Source of the DNA: Smithella sp. UBA2180
GTDB taxonomy: Bacteria; Desulfobacterota; Syntrophia; Syntrophales; Smithellaceae
Direction: 5' to 3'
DNA: 37,353 nt
NCBI GenBank assembly: GCA_002327415.1
Contig: DCVU01000079.1
Location: forward strand, 1 to 37,353
In this document: positions 34,266 through 37,353 of the stretch, piece by piece
Layout of the letters: each line of letters begins with the position of its first letter
Position numbering within the stretch: position 1 is the stretch's first letter
Notes under the pieces: generated by a model
Database searches by the model: none
What the model saw: only the letters and a program-made list of their open reading frames with translations
What the model was told of the DNA's origin: nothing
Position numbers and translations under genes: made by a program

Positions 34266-35960
34266 ATGGATGATGTTCGCATTACTTATTCTCTTGGAGA
34301 ATATAAAGACTCAATTATAAGCGCGTTGGGCACAATGCACCGGGACAATATTATCGAACGTATCCGGGCGAAAGATTATACCGTCTGGAAACCGGCGCCG
34401 AATGAGATTACCAACCGGCTAGGCTGGCTTGACGCTCCCTCGGAAACCTTAGAAAAGATAAATTATATTCGAGCCACCCTTGAACTTTTTACCAGCGGCA
34501 GCATTAAAGATGTTGTTTTACTGGGAATGGGTGGATCTTCTCTTGCCGCTGAAGTATTCAATAGAATATTCGGCAGTGAGGCTGGTCATCCCCAATTGCA
34601 TATCATGGATACCACCGACCCGGTTTTAATTTCCCAACTTACTCAACGTCTGGATTTAGAAAAAACTCTTTTTATTGTTTCCTCGAAATCTGGAACAACA
34701 TTGGAGATCACTTCCCTCTTTCACTATTTCTATAACTTGACTCTGAAAAAAACGGGCAGTTCCACCAACCGTCACTTCATCTTTATTACCGACAAAGGCA
34801 GTTCCCTGGAGAAATTAAGCAAAAAACTTTCTTTACAGCATGTATTTTTAAGCGATTCAAATATCGGAGGACGCTATTCGGCGCTTTCCATACCGGGAAT
34901 AATTCCCGCGGCGATTATCGGCGTTGATGTGGAAATACTCCTGATAAATGCAATAGCCGCGGCACAAAGAGAAAAAACTGAGAAATTTTCCGGCGCGCTT
35001 AATGACACAAGTGCCACTTTGGGCGCAGTTTTGGGCACATTGGCGCAGAAAGGACGAAACAAAATCACCTTCATCACGTCGCCGAAGTGGGCTCCTTTTG
35101 GTAACTGGCTGGAACAACTTGTCGCGGAGAGCACCGGCAAGGAAGGAAAAGGAATCCTGCCTGTTTTAGATGAACCATTGGCAGACCCGCGTGTTTACGG
35201 TAATGATCGCTTATTTGTCTTTTTTCAAAATGCAGCCGTCGATAATTTGCCAAAGATCGCCGGCCTTGCCGCAGCCGGACATCCTGCAATTACTATCAGG
35301 CTTGATGATCGTTACGATTTGGGCAGTCAAATGTTTCTTTGGGAAATGGCCATCGCCGTAGCCGGGCACCTTTTGGGCATTAACCCTTTTGATCAACCGG
35401 ACGTGGAAGTAACAAAGGCGTATACCCGCAGGACGATTGCGCTTTACCGCGAAAACAAAGAGCTTCCTTATGAGTTACCTTCATTGACAACTCCGGAATG
35501 CATCATTTATGGTGGGCCGCAGGCTACTACTTTTGCCGACACGTTGAAAATTTTTCTTTCTGAAGCGGCTAAAGATGATTATGTTTGTTTGCAGGTTTAT
35601 TTAAGCCCGACGCCGAAAGTGGACGAAGCGCTGCAAAAGTTGCGCGAGACGATTTTTGCCAAACATGGATTTGCGGTAACAATTGGTTACGGGCCAAGGT
35701 ATTTGCATTCCACCGGACAATTACACAAGGGCGATTCCGGAAATGGATTATTTATTCAGTTAACCGCTGATGATTTGCTGGACATAGATATACCCGACCG
35801 TATCGGCGTTGCGGATTCAACACTTACCTTCGGCGCGCTGAAAGCCGCTCAGGCTCAAGGCGATTGGCAGGCGCTAAAAGATGCGGGGCGGAGAATCATC
35901 CGTTTTCACTTTCGGGCAAACCCCGCCGCCGGTTTAAAAACCCTCGCCAACCTTCTTTAA
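34266..35960 (+). CDS. pgi: Glucose-6-phosphate isomerase
   Basis: 564 aa. Contains LGMGGSSLA, SKSGTTLE and GGRYS (SIS/PGI motifs), plus the C-terminal PGI blocks NPFDQPDVE and GYGPRYLHSTGQLHKG. Confidence 0.85.
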   Translation: MDDVRITYSLGEYKDSIISALGTMHRDNIIERIRAKDYTVWKPAPNEITNRLGWLDAPSETLEKINYIRATLELFTSGSIKDVVLLGMGGSSLAAEVFNRIFGSEAGHPQLHIMDTTDPVLISQLTQRLDLEKTLFIVSSKSGTTLEITSLFHYFYNLTLKKTGSSTNRHFIFITDKGSSLEKLSKKLSLQHVFLSDSNIGGRYSALSIPGIIPAAIIGVDVEILLINAIAAAQREKTEKFSGALNDTSATLGAVLGTLAQKGRNKITFITSPKWAPFGNWLEQLVAESTGKEGKGILPVLDEPLADPRVYGNDRLFVFFQNAAVDNLPKIAGLAAAGHPAITIRLDDRYDLGSQMFLWEMAIAVAGHLLGINPFDQPDVEVTKAYTRRTIALYRENKELPYELPSLTTPECIIYGGPQATTFADTLKIFLSEAAKDDYVCLQVYLSPTPKVDEALQKLRETIFAKHGFAVTIGYGPRYLHSTGQLHKGDSGNGLFIQLTADDLLDIDIPDRIGVADSTLTFGALKAAQAQGDWQALKDAGRRIIRFHFRANPAAGLKTLANLL

Positions 35961-35991
35961 TGAACTTATTTAAAAATCCTTATTCCGTGTC

Positions 35992-36014
35992 ATTACCCAA
36001 CAAGATTGGGTAAT
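35992..36014 (+). terminator. Hairpin downstream of pgi (possible intrinsic terminator)
   Basis: Perfect 9-bp stem ATTACCCAA / TTGGGTAAT with a 5-nt loop, starting 32 nt after the pgi stop. A T-rich tract (CTTTCTTTTT) follows a few nt later. Confidence 0.4.
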
Positions 36015-36029
36015 CCAGTCTTTCTTTTT

Positions 36030-36103
36030 GTCATGTCGAACCACAGGGAGACATCTTGTCTTTAAATAATAAGATTTCTCTTCGCTTCGCTCATCGAAAT
36101 GAC
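36030..36103. repeat. Intergenic palindromic repeat, family 1 copy C
   Basis: GTCATGTCGAAC...GAGACATCTT...AAGATTTCTC...ATCGAAATGAC. Shares its termini and internal box with copies A and B. Confidence 0.65.
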
Positions 36104-36123
36104 ATGGTCGTCTTTTCTGTGCT

Positions 36124-36693
36124 TCAACTGACTATCTTGAGAATTTGGGGAGCATGCCGCTCCGAGGTTGCGGGAATTTCTTTCGGATAGCCGATAATAA
36201 CAGGCGCAACAATCCGGCAATCATCAGGGATGCCTATTTCCGCTTTAATTTTCGGATCTCTGATCTGCGCTCCCAGGGCAATCCAGCAGGTGCCTAAGCC
36301 CCTCTGTGCCGCCGAAAACATCATATAGCTGACCGCCAGCGCGCAATCCACATCGAGAGACCGGACGTTTACAGAACCGACAACGTAAATCAAACAGGGA
36401 GCGTTATAATAAACATTAAAGTTTTCATCCTTCATCAGCGCTTCGTAGGTTGGATTAAGGGAAGCAGGGTTTTTGAAAAAATCCTGCAGGAGATTTTTTT
36501 TGCTTTCGTCAGAAAGTTTTTTAATTATCTGCTTATTGTTAATGATAATAAATTGGCAGGGCTGGCCGTTGCTCGCTGACGGCGCCAGACATGATTCTTT
36601 GAGAATTTCTTTTACTATTTCCAACGGAACATCTTTGGCCTGGAAATCACGGATTGCTCTTCTGTTTTTTAACAACTCTGTAAATGTCATCAT
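36124..36693 (-). CDS. Nitroreductase-family protein
   Basis: About 189 aa from the ATG at 36693, with SD AGGAGG 9 nt upstream. Contains LLKNRRAIRDF and PSASNGQP, and is nitroreductase-like throughout. Confidence 0.85.
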   Translation of the reverse strand: MMTFTELLKNRRAIRDFQAKDVPLEIVKEILKESCLAPSASNGQPCQFIIINNKQIIKKLSDESKKNLLQDFFKNPASLNPTYEALMKDENFNVYYNAPCLIYVVGSVNVRSLDVDCALAVSYMMFSAAQRGLGTCWIALGAQIRDPKIKAEIGIPDDCRIVAPVIIGYPKEIPATSERHAPQILKIVS

Positions 36694-36748
36694 AACAATA
36701 TTTCCTCCTGTCAGTAATGATCTCATCTCGTAGATTATCTATCACTTA

Positions 36749-37353
36749 TCAGGGCAAAAAAACAGAGATAACAGTCAAAATTATATATTGAAACAAGTTT
36801 ATCACCGGATCAAGAGCGCCTAAAAAGAGCAGCCCGATAACAATAAAAAATCCAAAAGGTTCAATTTGATTCAGTGCCCGATTTACAGATTCCGGCGCGA
36901 AACCCATGAGAATTTTAGAGCCATCAAGCGGCGGAATCGGAATTAAATTGAACGCGGCCAATATAATGTTAATCCTGGCCAGCAGAAAAAGGATTTGTTC
37001 AGCCATCCCTGAAGGTTCAGATGAAATCAGCCTTAATAATAAAAGCGCGGCAAAGGCGCAAATAATGTTCGCCGTAATACCGGCCGCCGATACTAAAATA
37101 AGACCCTTGCGTCTTTTACCTGCGGGAATATTTTCCAGATTCACGGGAACTGGTTTTGCCCAACCGAAACCCACAATCAATAGCATCAACGCTCCGATAG
37201 GATCAATATGCTTGATAGGATTGAGCGTCAGCCTTCCTAACCATTTAGCCGTTGGATCACCCATTTTATAAGCAACCCAGCCGTGAGCTAACTCATGAAA
37301 TATCACCGAATATAGCAGGAGAACCGACAATATTACAAAAGCCGCCGGATCTT
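36749..37353 (-). CDS. Site-2 protease (peptidase M50) family membrane protein, probably 5'-partial at the window edge
   Basis: Contains the HELAHG zinc motif and NLIPIPPLDGSK. The track's start at 37330 is a TTG, and the frame stays open to the end of the window, so the true start may lie outside. Confidence 0.8.
   Translation of the reverse strand, partial: DPAAFVILSVLLLYSVIFHELAHGWVAYKMGDPTAKWLGRLTLNPIKHIDPIGALMLLIVGFGWAKPVPVNLENIPAGKRRKGLILVSAAGITANIICAFAALLLLRLISSEPSGMAEQILFLLARINIILAAFNLIPIPPLDGSKILMGFAPESVNRALNQIEPFGFFIVIGLLFLGALDPVINLFQYIILTVISVFLP

Overview
Bacterial chromosomal segment, gene-dense, probably from an uncultivated lineage. Most of it is housekeeping and thiol/redox genes: mpg-type glycosylase, asd, ribF, tRNA-Leu, ccdA-tlpA, ettA, yhbY, trxB, lgt, a CoADR/Nox-like oxidoreductase, a P-type Ca2+-like ATPase, a TrmH-family methyltransferase, cutA, tkt, pgi, a nitroreductase and an S2P protease. 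There are two accessory patches. (1) 1.2-3.3 kb holds three small unknown genes behind a perfect consensus sigma70 promoter, followed by a BrnT/BrnA toxin-antitoxin pair. (2) About 21.6-31.8 kb is a roughly 10 kb minus-strand defence island. It starts with an autoregulated small protein plus nucleotidyltransferase-fold (AbiEii-like) pair. Next comes a tightly packed five-gene operon: hsdR-hsdM-hsdS, then a 597-aa ABC/SMC-type ATPase, then a 351-aa HNH/zinc-finger protein. The ATPase-HNH pair is translationally coupled (TAATG) and sits 6 nt after an hsdS that carries an unusual C-terminal extension of about 133 aa. This pair is the best candidate for an undescribed, or at least uncharacterised, R-M-coupled Septu-like system. 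The window also holds at least four families of intergenic structured repeats, including an inverted pair flanking ettA and a two-hairpin element with a 23-nt identical tail. A gutted ygiD-like gene remnant lies at the left edge of the island. No CRISPR array, rRNA, transposase or integrase was seen.
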